This document shows positions 18,952 through 28,046 of a stretch of DNA of 64,000 nucleotides, piece after piece (position 1 is the first letter of the stretch; each line of letters opens with the position of its first letter). This DNA comes from Flavobacteriales bacterium (lineage in GTDB: Bacteria; Bacteroidota; Bacteroidia; Flavobacteriales_D; Crocinitomicaceae), in assembly GCA_947460825.1 (NCBI GenBank), contig CANHHA010000005.1, forward strand, positions 26,026 to 90,025, given 5' to 3'. The notes beneath the pieces are model-generated. The model worked only from the letters and a program-made list of their open reading frames with translations, was not told the DNA's origin and did no database searches. The position numbers and the translations under genes are program-made.

Positions 18952-20184
18952 TTACATCCGCACCACCGTGCCCATGTACTCTGATTTTTCGCCCACCTTT
19001 GGTTCGGATATGGTTACTTTCCAAACATAGGCTTTATTGGCATCCCCCATTTTTCCAAATCGACGATCAATCCCATCCCACGGTAAGGTAGCATCAGTGC
19101 TTTCAAACACAATGCCTCCATCGTTTGGATCTAAAATAATCATCCGAAAGGATGTTGCTCGCCGCGTTAGCGCATACGGCATAAATGTGTTTTTACGGGA
19201 GTCTTGAGAAGTAGGCTCAAACGCATTAACTGCTAGTAGATTATATTCCTCAGACACATGAATCATGCCTTGGATTTCCGAAGTACAACCACGGTCATCC
19301 GCTAAGGCTATTTGCACCGAGGTTGATCCCTTTTCGAATACATGCAAGGTAAAATCTTTATTGGATAATTCGCTGCGCTGTTTTCCATAGGTTACAGACC
19401 GCACATTGGCATCAGACTTCACATGAATTCCTTGAACAGGTATGCCGTTTTCATAAATCATCTCATCGATAACAAGGTCTCCTTTGGGTCCGGTAATCAC
19501 ATTCGACTGAAGAATCACACCAGTTGCTGGGTCTATAATTTCAATGTTTCCAGCACCCAATTCAACGTTGACGGAGGAGTTTGGTGCGATTGAACGTGTC
19601 ACCTGATCGTTTTTCAAGGTAACCTCAAACCCGTTGGTGTTTTTCAATTCCGAGGATATACCGGCACAGATTGGAAGAACAATTGGGTTAAATGTGAAAA
19701 GTTCTTTTGGTTTTTGGTGATCAATAGGTTCCAGCGATTTGGATTGAAGCTCCTCAACGGGCGCATCCTTCAAGGAAGGGATTTCCTGTAAAGCAACGCG
19801 TTCTTCCGTATCGGTAATAATCAACTCATTCGGTGTAGGAAGAGGGGTGTTTGTTTCCTGATACAATGCAATCTTGGGTTGATCTTCTCTGTTTGTGGCA
19901 GGGGTTTCTTTGTGGCTTACCTCTTTTTTGGATGGTTCCACTGTAGCAGCCTTAGGAGAAATAGGAGCAGATACAGGAGTTGAAGAATCCGTTAAATACC
20001 ATGTTGCAAGAGAGATTCCAATCACCAAAGCGGCGCCCGGAAGGCCCCATTTTTTGAATGGATTGGATTTAGGAGGCAGTTGGCCATCTAGGCGTTTCTC
20101 GAGGGCCTCCCAAGCCGATGGATCATAGGGTTCAACCTGTGAATCCATAGCGTTTTTGAATATTTGATCTAATTTGTCCATCAC
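18952..20184 (-). CDS. Membrane-anchored anti-sigma-like protein with C-terminal gliding-motility/T9SS type-B-like (CHU_C) domain
   Basis: It overlaps the upstream ECF sigma gene by 4 nt. A short cytoplasmic N-terminus is followed by one TM (WGLPGAALVIGISLATWYL). The C-terminal ~90 aa (NAFEPTSQDSRKNTFMPY...ILDPNDGGIVFES...WDGIDRR...VWKVTI) resemble the NAF-x-PNGDG-x-ND-x-F type-B sorting domain. Confidence 0.45.
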   Translation of the reverse strand: MMDKLDQIFKNAMDSQVEPYDPSAWEALEKRLDGQLPPKSNPFKKWGLPGAALVIGISLATWYLTDSSTPVSAPISPKAATVEPSKKEVSHKETPATNREDQPKIALYQETNTPLPTPNELIITDTEERVALQEIPSLKDAPVEELQSKSLEPIDHQKPKELFTFNPIVLPICAGISSELKNTNGFEVTLKNDQVTRSIAPNSSVNVELGAGNIEIIDPATGVILQSNVITGPKGDLVIDEMIYENGIPVQGIHVKSDANVRSVTYGKQRSELSNKDFTLHVFEKGSTSVQIALADDRGCTSEIQGMIHVSEEYNLLAVNAFEPTSQDSRKNTFMPYALTRRATSFRMIILDPNDGGIVFESTDATLPWDGIDRRFGKMGDANKAYVWKVTISEPKVGEKSEYMGTVVRM

Positions 20185-20750
20185 TGTGCGATCTTTTTAT
20201 ACGTTGTTTCTAACATTTTTTGAACATTCATTCTGGCTTTAGCTAAATTGGATTTTGACGTTCCTTCACTGATTCCGAGGATTTCTGCGATTTCTTTGTG
20301 AGAATATTCCTCGAACACGTACAGGTTGAATACCGTTCGGTAGGCTGGTGACAGTCGATTAATGCAGTCTAGCGCAACCGAGTATTTCACCTGTAATTCT
20401 TCTAAGCTTTCTCGCTCCTCCATGGTGTTTTCTGCAGGCATCTTAAAGTCGTTGTCTTGGTCAGACAAAAACGGACTCCGTTTCGCTTTGCGAATGGCAT
20501 CAATTGCGGTATTCGAAAAAATTCGCCGCATCCATCCTTCGATCGAGCCCCGAAAGTCAAATAATTCCAATTTATCAAAGACCTTTATAAAACCATCTTG
20601 AACTACTTCCTGAGCACTGTCTCGATCTTTAATATAGCGTAGACATACCGAAAGCATTTTACCGTAGTACGTTTTAAAGAACATGTGTTGGGCCTTTCGC
20701 TCCTTCCGCACACACGCTGCAACAAGTTCTTTAAGTTCTACAGTTTCCAA
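20181..20750 (-). CDS. ECF-type RNA polymerase sigma-70 factor
   Basis: It has a region 2 (AQEVVQDGFIKVF) and a region 4 HTH (YSHKEIAEILGISEGTSKSNLAKAR). Confidence 0.85.
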   Translation of the reverse strand: METVELKELVAACVRKERKAQHMFFKTYYGKMLSVCLRYIKDRDSAQEVVQDGFIKVFDKLELFDFRGSIEGWMRRIFSNTAIDAIRKAKRSPFLSDQDNDFKMPAENTMEERESLEELQVKYSVALDCINRLSPAYRTVFNLYVFEEYSHKEIAEILGISEGTSKSNLAKARMNVQKMLETTYKKIAQ

Positions 20751-20896
20751 GGGCTTTTATTGCTTAACGTACTAGTTTTTAATGTCGTTGCCTCAATTAT
20801 AATAATTAGCAAACATTTTTTGATTCGGAACGCTTAATTTAATGCAGTTATCGTAAATTCGCAAAGTAAAATTACAAATCTTTAATTAGAAAAATT

Positions 20897-21835
20897 ATGA
20901 AAGTTACTGTAGTAGGTGCTGGAAATGTGGGAGCAACGTGTGCGGATGTATTAGCTTCACGTGAAATTGCCAATGAAATTATCTTATTGGATATAAAAGA
21001 GGGCTTTGCTGAAGGTAAAGCACTTGATATTTGGCAAACTGCGCCAATAAATTTGTATGATTCAAGAACCATTGGATCTACGAATGATTATGCCATGACC
21101 AAGGATTCTGATGTAGTAGTAATCACATCGGGCTTACCGCGTAAACCAGGAATGTCTCGTGATGATTTAATCGCTACCAATGCAGGAATCGTAAAAACGG
21201 TGACGGAGAATGTGATTAAATATTCGCCAAATGCAATCATTGTGGTAGTTTCCAATCCCTTAGATGTAATGACGTATTGTGCTTATCTAAATGCCAAAAC
21301 AGATTCAAAGAAAGTATTTGGAATGGCGGGTGTTTTAGACACGGCAAGATACCGAGCGTTCCTTGCCACTGAATTGAATGTTTCACCGAAAGATATTCAA
21401 GCCGTATTAATGGGTGGACATGGTGATACCATGGTTCCACTTCCAAGATATACAACCGTTGCAGGTATTCCAGTTACCGAATTAATAGCTGAAGACAAAT
21501 TGAATGAGATTATTGAGCGCACTAAATTTGGAGGCGGTGAACTCGTTAAATTGCTAGGAACTTCTGCATGGTATGCCCCGGGGGCAGCAGCTGCCCAAAT
21601 GGTAGAAGCAATTGTACGTGACCAAAAACGAATCTTCCCAGTTTGTGCATGGCTAACTGGTGAATACGGCTTGAAAGACATTTACCTTGGAGTTCCTGTG
21701 GTATTGGGTAAAAATGGAATTGAACGAATCATTGAATTAGACTTGAACGACGCAGAGAAAGCCTTGTTAAGTGAATCAGCGGAGGCTGTTAAAGGCGTAA
21801 TGGAAGTATTGGATAACATGAATGCTACGGCATAA
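20897..21835 (+). CDS. mdh: Malate dehydrogenase (LDH-like MDH)
   Basis: MKVTVVGAGNVGATCA forms the Rossmann motif. The motifs ITSGLPRKPGMSRDDL and GGHGDTMVP are present. The product is 312 aa. Confidence 0.92.
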   Translation: MKVTVVGAGNVGATCADVLASREIANEIILLDIKEGFAEGKALDIWQTAPINLYDSRTIGSTNDYAMTKDSDVVVITSGLPRKPGMSRDDLIATNAGIVKTVTENVIKYSPNAIIVVVSNPLDVMTYCAYLNAKTDSKKVFGMAGVLDTARYRAFLATELNVSPKDIQAVLMGGHGDTMVPLPRYTTVAGIPVTELIAEDKLNEIIERTKFGGGELVKLLGTSAWYAPGAAAAQMVEAIVRDQKRIFPVCAWLTGEYGLKDIYLGVPVVLGKNGIERIIELDLNDAEKALLSESAEAVKGVMEVLDNMNATA

Positions 21836-21862
21836 GTAGAATCCAAATAATATAAATAGATT

Positions 21863-21888
21863 AAATCCCGCATTTGCGGGATTTTTTT
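21863..21888 (+). terminator. Rho-independent terminator after mdh
   Basis: The stem is ATCCCGC/GCGGGAT with loop ATTT, followed by a T7 run. Confidence 0.75.
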
Positions 21889-21896
21889 ATGCCCAG

Positions 21897-23297
21897 TTAG
21901 GGCAGTTCGATGGCACCAATGTCCGGTGGGTTATTCCGTGGATTACCCAAGATGTCGGTGAAAATCGGGGAATTAATTCCAGCGCCGTTTAATGGAGAAT
22001 TCTGAAGAAATAGAAAATCTCCCTGTGCAGTATTTTCAAAAAGCGGATTTTCATTCCAGAGAATGTTCGTGTAGAATGGATCCGTATAGATGCTTTCACT
22101 GCGAATAAGGCTGTGTGTGAAATTAAAATTCAACGTTACACCAGGAGCATTTATGGTGTCGATGGCTAATTCGTAATCTAGGTTGCCGGCAATTACACAA
22201 TTCCGCAATACGCCTTCGTTGATGGAAGATACGGTTGTAACCCCTGTCGCCGTTTTGTAATAGTAATTACTTATTCCAACCGCAGGAACTTGCGAATTAC
22301 CATAGCCTACCAGATTGCAATGATTAAAGTTAAAATCGCCGCCTTCTAACACCAATAAGGCATGGCTTTCGTTCCTAGAAATGATGCAGTTTTCCGCCTT
22401 AACCTTGGCCCCCGCATAAATAAATACCCCGTATCTCGAGGTATTAAAAATTCGGGTATTAGTTAATTCTAAGGTGTATCCTACATTATTAGGGTCTTCG
22501 TGATACAAATGCACCCCGACCGTACCATTTTTTAAAATGGCATAATCGATGGTGGAAGGGAGGGCTTCGTGAAAGTAGATTCCATAGTACTGACCCGCCA
22601 CATTGCTATACATCGACTCTAAACGATCTCCTTGAAATACCACCTCATTGTTTTGCATGCCTTGTACATGTAACGCGCCCTTGTACACGTATAAAATGGA
22701 ATTTTTATGAAGGTGAATGTTTGTTCCCGCTTGGATGGTTAACGATTTGGAAGAATCAACCGCAGCATATCCATAGATCACGTGGGGTTTATCATTGGGC
22801 CATGTCCCTTCATTTAAGTCTTTGTAATGAAAATAGGCGTCTTGTCCCCACACCGCGAGTTTCACATATTGGTCTTTTCCGTTGGTTCTAAAGCGGATAG
22901 AATCTTCAATAATCAACGGTTGGTTTTGTGCATTGGCGGCAAGGGTAACCTCTACAAACGCATATAAACTGTCTTTTCCTTCAAGAACCATGTTTTCTAA
23001 AAACGTTCCTTTTTCACCATCTACGTTCAAGCGAAATGGAGATTGTTCACCACCCATTAATTCAATTTCATCAATTTGAATTGATTTTGAAGAAGGATTA
23101 TAAATCTTAAATTGTTGGGTAGTAGATCCAACGGTGGTAAAAACAGTATCAAACACCACCGTGTCTAACGAAAAACTTAAGTTTTCTTTTGAGAAGCCTT
23201 TCATTTTATTACAGCTGTTCAAGGGAATCAATCCAATGAGTATTGCTATGGTACTAAGAAAGCATATTAGATTTTTCACAGGTGACTTAACGCACAA
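21897..23297 (-). CDS. Lipoprotein with right-handed parallel beta-helix (PbH1) repeats
   Basis: It has a signal peptide with a lipobox-like LNSC. Repeated N-C-x-I/V-x-x-N turns are present (NCIISRN, NCNLVG, NCVIAGN). The exact start codon is uncertain. Confidence 0.5.
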   Translation of the reverse strand: MCVKSPVKNLICFLSTIAILIGLIPLNSCNKMKGFSKENLSFSLDTVVFDTVFTTVGSTTQQFKIYNPSSKSIQIDEIELMGGEQSPFRLNVDGEKGTFLENMVLEGKDSLYAFVEVTLAANAQNQPLIIEDSIRFRTNGKDQYVKLAVWGQDAYFHYKDLNEGTWPNDKPHVIYGYAAVDSSKSLTIQAGTNIHLHKNSILYVYKGALHVQGMQNNEVVFQGDRLESMYSNVAGQYYGIYFHEALPSTIDYAILKNGTVGVHLYHEDPNNVGYTLELTNTRIFNTSRYGVFIYAGAKVKAENCIISRNESHALLVLEGGDFNFNHCNLVGYGNSQVPAVGISNYYYKTATGVTTVSSINEGVLRNCVIAGNLDYELAIDTINAPGVTLNFNFTHSLIRSESIYTDPFYTNILWNENPLFENTAQGDFLFLQNSPLNGAGINSPIFTDILGNPRNNPPDIGAIELP

Positions 23298-23378
23298 ACT
23301 TACATATTATTTGTCTTAGGTAAATACTTAACTTCGTTAAATGAACTTTTTCCTTTGATGCATGTAGAGGGTGTCGTT

Positions 23379-24512
23379 ATGAAACTAAATTTACTTATCT
23401 TTTTTGGAGTTATGGTTGCTGTTCATTCATTTGCTCAGCCTCCACAAACCAACAGTATTTCAAACGGTATTAATTTTAATGCCGTTGAAAAATCACCTCA
23501 ATTACTGGATAGTACGCAATTGATTATTATCAACAAGGACGAAGAATCTAGAACTGTAGGTACGGATGATGTCAAGTCATTACAGGAACAAAGTTATTTT
23601 AAAAAAGAGGCGGAAACTTATAAGTCAAGTAAAGCACGGATTAAGAGCAATTCTTCCTCGCGCTCTGCTTCCCCTGCCGAGGACAAGCAACTACAACAAT
23701 CCGTAACGAAATTAAAAGGGGTCGCTCAAACACTTTCAGAGCAAATTGAAGCGAATATACTTTATTACGACCAAGGGAATTACAATGCCGAAAGAGCACC
23801 TCAACTTATAGAGGCCTTACGTTTAAATCCAAATCATCCGGAAGGCTTGACCTTATTGTTAGCCAATTCAATGGTTACTGGTGATACGTTAATGGTTTTG
23901 AATACCTTAAATAAGATAAAAACACTGGGTTTGATTCCCGATGCAATGACCTGTTATGCCGTCGACCTAATCAAATCGGTTCCCGAGAACACTACGCTTA
24001 TTACACACGGAACACTAGACACGTACAGCGCCATTCAAGAACAAGTTGCTCTGCGTAGAAATTCCATTGATATTATTTCCTTGGATTTATTGCAAAGTGA
24101 GCAGTATCGCGCCCTATTATTGAAAAAAGGGTTTACCATTCCTGTCCAATCCATCGTAGATGTGACTTATCTCGGAGATTTAATTCGAGTGAATCCATCA
24201 AAACGTTTTGCCTTTTCGATGACAATCCCTAGCGATTACTTGGTTCAATTCGAAGAGGATTTGGCACCCAATGGATTGGTTTTCTTATACCCAAACAGCC
24301 GAAGTAATGAGCAGATTCTCCAAACGAACGAGAAATTTATGGATTCATTTTCCTACATGGATTGTGGAGTTGAACCGGATGAATCGCTCGCAGGGCTCAA
24401 GCAAAATTATTTGCCAATGATTTTAACAGTAGAGACCTTAAGTTCGGATAAAAGCAAGGAAAAACGATCCAAAATCGAAAGTAGAAAAATTAAAATCAGA
24501 CAAAAAAAGTAA
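23379..24512 (+). CDS. Secreted hypothetical protein upstream of an ECF sigma/anti-sigma pair
   Basis: A signal peptide MKLNLLIFFGVMVAVHSFAQ starts at the internal Met (track ORF starts at 23355). I recognise no family. Confidence 0.45.
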   Translation: MKLNLLIFFGVMVAVHSFAQPPQTNSISNGINFNAVEKSPQLLDSTQLIIINKDEESRTVGTDDVKSLQEQSYFKKEAETYKSSKARIKSNSSSRSASPAEDKQLQQSVTKLKGVAQTLSEQIEANILYYDQGNYNAERAPQLIEALRLNPNHPEGLTLLLANSMVTGDTLMVLNTLNKIKTLGLIPDAMTCYAVDLIKSVPENTTLITHGTLDTYSAIQEQVALRRNSIDIISLDLLQSEQYRALLLKKGFTIPVQSIVDVTYLGDLIRVNPSKRFAFSMTIPSDYLVQFEEDLAPNGLVFLYPNSRSNEQILQTNEKFMDSFSYMDCGVEPDESLAGLKQNYLPMILTVETLSSDKSKEKRSKIESRKIKIRQKK

Positions 24513-24519
24513 GATACAC

Positions 24520-25104
24520 ATGCGCGGATTGAAGTCAGGTTTTTCTCATTTCTCCGATGAAGAGCTCATGTTAGCGATTCGTCAAGGGGAGAAGACTGCC
24601 TTTAATGAATTGTATCAGCGCTATTCGGGTAAGCTGTATGGATATATACTAAAGCTACTCTGGTATAACGAAGTTCGTGCGCAAGATTTATTACAGGATT
24701 TGTTTACCAAGATCATTACGCAACCCCATTTGTTTGATACCAATCGGAGTTTTAAAACATGGGTTTATACCATTGCCTCTAATTTATGCAAGAATGAGTT
24801 TAAGCGAAATGAAGTTAGAAAGAATACCAGCAATGGATTGGATAATCATTACCACTTGAGTGGAACTGAGGATGTAGCGCAGACGGTAACGGATTGGGAA
24901 TTTAAAGAGGCTTTGGATCAGGAACTTATAAAGTTAGATGATAAACACCGGGAAGTTTTTGTTTTAAAACATATGGATGGCCTTTCGATTAAAGAAATTT
25001 CAGTGATCGTTGGAATCAATGAAGGTACCGTAAAGTCACGCTTATTTTATGCCATAAAGAAATTAGCCACAGAATTAAAAATGTTTGAACTCGTAGAACG
25101 ATGA
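24520..25104 (+). CDS. ECF-type RNA polymerase sigma-70 factor
   Basis: It has region 2 (AQDLLQDLFTKI) and a region 4 HTH (LSIKEISVIVGINEGTVKSRLFYAIKKL). Confidence 0.85.
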   Translation: MRGLKSGFSHFSDEELMLAIRQGEKTAFNELYQRYSGKLYGYILKLLWYNEVRAQDLLQDLFTKIITQPHLFDTNRSFKTWVYTIASNLCKNEFKRNEVRKNTSNGLDNHYHLSGTEDVAQTVTDWEFKEALDQELIKLDDKHREVFVLKHMDGLSIKEISVIVGINEGTVKSRLFYAIKKLATELKMFELVER

Positions 25105-25865
25105 AGCAGATAGACGATTTATTTTTAAACGCACATTACAGCGATTTGACGCCAAGTGAGCAATCCTTAATTGAGGACTTATGTTCTGATGAAGTTAGTT
25201 TTCAGCAGGTTAAGGTCCTTGTAACACGAAGCAAGGAGGTATTACCCGTAAATCCTCCAGCGCATTTATTGGAAGCGCTAAATCAAACATTTGATCAAAC
25301 GTATTCTCAACCCTCAGTGCAGCGTATGCGTCCAAAGATGTTCAATTTATTCACTGCCTCTGCCGTTGCTGCTTCGGTGTTAATTTTCTTGACGATTTAT
25401 TTCTTTGGGACAGCCAATGCACCTCAAAAACAAGTTGCTACGGTTGAAAAGAAGGAACAAAAAAAGAAAAACAATCAATCAACCTTACCACGTACTTCGG
25501 AACAAAAGCAAACGCCACAAGTGGCAGCTATAGATCCAATTCCCTCCTCTCGTACCGCGTTGGACCGTGAGGTACCGTCTGAAATATTGATGGATGAACC
25601 TGCGGTTATTGCCTCGATTGAAATGGAAGATGCAAAGCCGGAACGGGTTAGAGGTTCAAGATCGGATGAGGATGCCGTGCCAGTAGAGGAGAATGTTGCG
25701 AGCAATGCGCCGAAAAGCAATACGTATATGTGGACATCCAAGGATAAAAATTTAGCGTCGGAACAGGCAGTCTTAGCTGAAGTATCGATGAAAAAACAAA
25801 ACAAATCGGACTCAAAACGCCTGAATACCTCATTCATGTTAAAACAGATAAAGCCTGTCTATTAA
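25101..25865 (+). CDS. Putative anti-sigma factor (single-pass membrane protein)
   Basis: It overlaps the sigma gene by 4 nt. It has one central TM (LFTASAVAASVLIFLTIYFF) and a low-complexity periplasmic tail. Confidence 0.5.
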   Translation: MKQIDDLFLNAHYSDLTPSEQSLIEDLCSDEVSFQQVKVLVTRSKEVLPVNPPAHLLEALNQTFDQTYSQPSVQRMRPKMFNLFTASAVAASVLIFLTIYFFGTANAPQKQVATVEKKEQKKKNNQSTLPRTSEQKQTPQVAAIDPIPSSRTALDREVPSEILMDEPAVIASIEMEDAKPERVRGSRSDEDAVPVEENVASNAPKSNTYMWTSKDKNLASEQAVLAEVSMKKQNKSDSKRLNTSFMLKQIKPVY

Positions 25866-26635
25866 AAGGTCAACATAAAATGTTCCTTTGCCTGTGTTGG
25901 CCGCCGACTTAACACCCCCATTCTGAAAAAATCAATGCTCACATGAAACCGCTCATCTGCGATGAGTTTATTCCAGGCCTTGAACATATCGTCATTCCAT
26001 CGGATGTCATCTAATAGAAAAAGGGTTTGCTCATGGGTGTGGGGCATTATTTGGTCAAGGTAGCCGCATAGCGCTTCCCCTTCATGATGGCCATCAATAT
26101 AAACGAGATCAAAGGTCTTGTTATCCAAATTTGATAAATAGGTACTGAATGAACTTACTACCAAGTCAATGCTGCTGGGATTCGTGGCAAATTCATTCAT
26201 GTTTTCACGTGCAATAGCCGCAATTTCAGGGGAACCTTCAATGCTGATTATTTCTGCCTTTTGATATCCAAGATGCATGGCCAAGGTTCCTCTGCCTAGG
26301 GAGGTTCCTAATTCAAGGATTCGTGCGGGTTCGAAGTGTTTGCACAGGCGATAGAGTAAGGTGCCATAGCGTTTTCCCGAGCTGCTGGTCTTATGAATTT
26401 GCTTGATTGAACGTTGTTTACCTAAGGTTTTTGAGCCAGCTCCTAAATCGTTTATCGTTAAAGTCCGTCGGTCCGTACGCTGTTTTTGATCGAAGGAAAA
26501 TAACATATGTTGGTGTTCCTTTTCTATGTTTAATTGAAGTCCGTTATCAGCCAGTCGATAAACAAAAGGAGAATGAATTCCTTGCCGTTTTTTGGCGTGT
26601 AATTGATATTTTATACCTTCGACGATTAGATTCAC
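25862..26635 (-). CDS. Class I SAM-dependent (O-)methyltransferase
   Basis: It has motif I ILELGTSLGRGT and a downstream acidic motif LVYIDGHH. Confidence 0.7.
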   Translation of the reverse strand: MNLIVEGIKYQLHAKKRQGIHSPFVYRLADNGLQLNIEKEHQHMLFSFDQKQRTDRRTLTINDLGAGSKTLGKQRSIKQIHKTSSSGKRYGTLLYRLCKHFEPARILELGTSLGRGTLAMHLGYQKAEIISIEGSPEIAAIARENMNEFATNPSSIDLVVSSFSTYLSNLDNKTFDLVYIDGHHEGEALCGYLDQIMPHTHEQTLFLLDDIRWNDDMFKAWNKLIADERFHVSIDFFRMGVLSRRPTQAKEHFMLTF

Positions 26636-26662
26636 ACTGCAAAGTAAAACTATTTATCTCGG

Positions 26663-28045
26663 ATGGAGAAGGATATTCAAGAAGCGATTGATAAACAGCG
26701 TAACCGCTTGTTCTCTTCCTTGGCGTCTCCAAACATCGTAGAGGCTTGCACGGTTGGACATGGAATCCTACAATTTGCTCCGGAAGAAATCAATAAATTC
26801 CAAGAAGCTTTTGTTGTGTACAATGGTTCGATTTCGTTCTTTATTCCCGCCTCAGGAGTTGGTTCGCGCATGTTTGATTTTCTTCAGCAATTCCTGGGTT
26901 CCATGGGACATGAGCAAGGGGATGAGGTCCGTTTATTTTTAAGTAACATCGAGTCCTTTGCATTCTACCATGAAGCGAATGAAGAATGGCGTCAATTATT
27001 AATGGATCCTTCGGTAGATTTATTGGCACTTTGTGATTATTTACTGGGTCCACAAGGGTTGGATTTTTCAGGGACTCCCAAAGCCTTGTTCCCCTTTCAT
27101 CGGATGTCAGGACGGAATATTACTCCCTTTGAAGGCCACCTAAGACAAGGATTTAACGCAGGGAAGTCCATTGAACGGTTTCATTTCACCCTACAGCAAG
27201 AACATTTAAATCAATTAATCTCCGAACGCGAGGGCTTAGGAGATTCGTTCGTTGGTGAAATCGATTTTTCCACACAAGCATCTGAAACAGATTCGTATGT
27301 GTTTGACGAGTTCATGCAACCCCTGAGTAATCAATCGGGTTCGTATGTGAGGCGTCCTGCAGGCCATGGCGCGATTCTTTCAAATCTGAATGGCTTAGCA
27401 TCAGACCTTATTTTTATCAAGAACATTGACAACATTCAATGTCCTGTGCAAGATGAACTTGTGAATCAAACATGGGGATTACTGGGTGGGGTATTGGTGA
27501 GTCTGCGCGCAAAGCTTTTAAATGCATATTCAGCAAAGGATATGCCTGAGTTTATGCGTGTTTGTTATGATTTTCAATTGCTTGATGTATCCGCTGGGAT
27601 GATACCTTGGGAAGATATATCAACCATGCTTCAGCGACCGTTTCGTGTGTGTGGTATGGTAAAGAATGAGGGCATGCCTGGGGGAGGTCCTTTTTGGGTT
27701 TCTCATGAAGGGAATATAACAAAGCAAATTATAGAGAAGTCACAAATTGATTCGATTCACTTGGCTAAGCTTACTGAAAGTTCTCATTTTAACCCGGTCA
27801 TGATGGCAATATCACCCTACGACTTAATGGGAAATAAATTAGATCTCACCCAGTATGTTCGGGAAGACCTTTCCATGGCTGTAAAAAAGAACCATTTAGG
27901 TAAAACCGTATACTATCTTGAAAAACCCGGATTATGGAATGGTTCGATGTATCATTGGAATACGGTGTTCGTTGAAATCCCTTCCAATGTGTTTAGTCCG
28001 GTAAAAAATGTGATGGATTTATTAAACCCATCACATTGCTGTTAA
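26663..28045 (+). CDS. Hypothetical protein, possibly DUF4301 / UDPGP-like nucleotidyltransferase fold
   Basis: The 460 aa product has PASGVGSRM and RRPAGHGA motifs reminiscent of sugar-nucleotide pyrophosphorylases. The family assignment is from memory only. Confidence 0.4.
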   Translation: MEKDIQEAIDKQRNRLFSSLASPNIVEACTVGHGILQFAPEEINKFQEAFVVYNGSISFFIPASGVGSRMFDFLQQFLGSMGHEQGDEVRLFLSNIESFAFYHEANEEWRQLLMDPSVDLLALCDYLLGPQGLDFSGTPKALFPFHRMSGRNITPFEGHLRQGFNAGKSIERFHFTLQQEHLNQLISEREGLGDSFVGEIDFSTQASETDSYVFDEFMQPLSNQSGSYVRRPAGHGAILSNLNGLASDLIFIKNIDNIQCPVQDELVNQTWGLLGGVLVSLRAKLLNAYSAKDMPEFMRVCYDFQLLDVSAGMIPWEDISTMLQRPFRVCGMVKNEGMPGGGPFWVSHEGNITKQIIEKSQIDSIHLAKLTESSHFNPVMMAISPYDLMGNKLDLTQYVREDLSMAVKKNHLGKTVYYLEKPGLWNGSMYHWNTVFVEIPSNVFSPVKNVMDLLNPSHCC

Positions 28046-28046
28046 A

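Noticed and set aside
20819-20861. Possible mdh promoter (TTTG at 20819 and TAAATTCG at 20854)
   Set aside because: The -7-like box has a mismatch, and the spacing to the TTTG is ~31 nt, far from the ~19 nt expected. It is not convincing enough to annotate.
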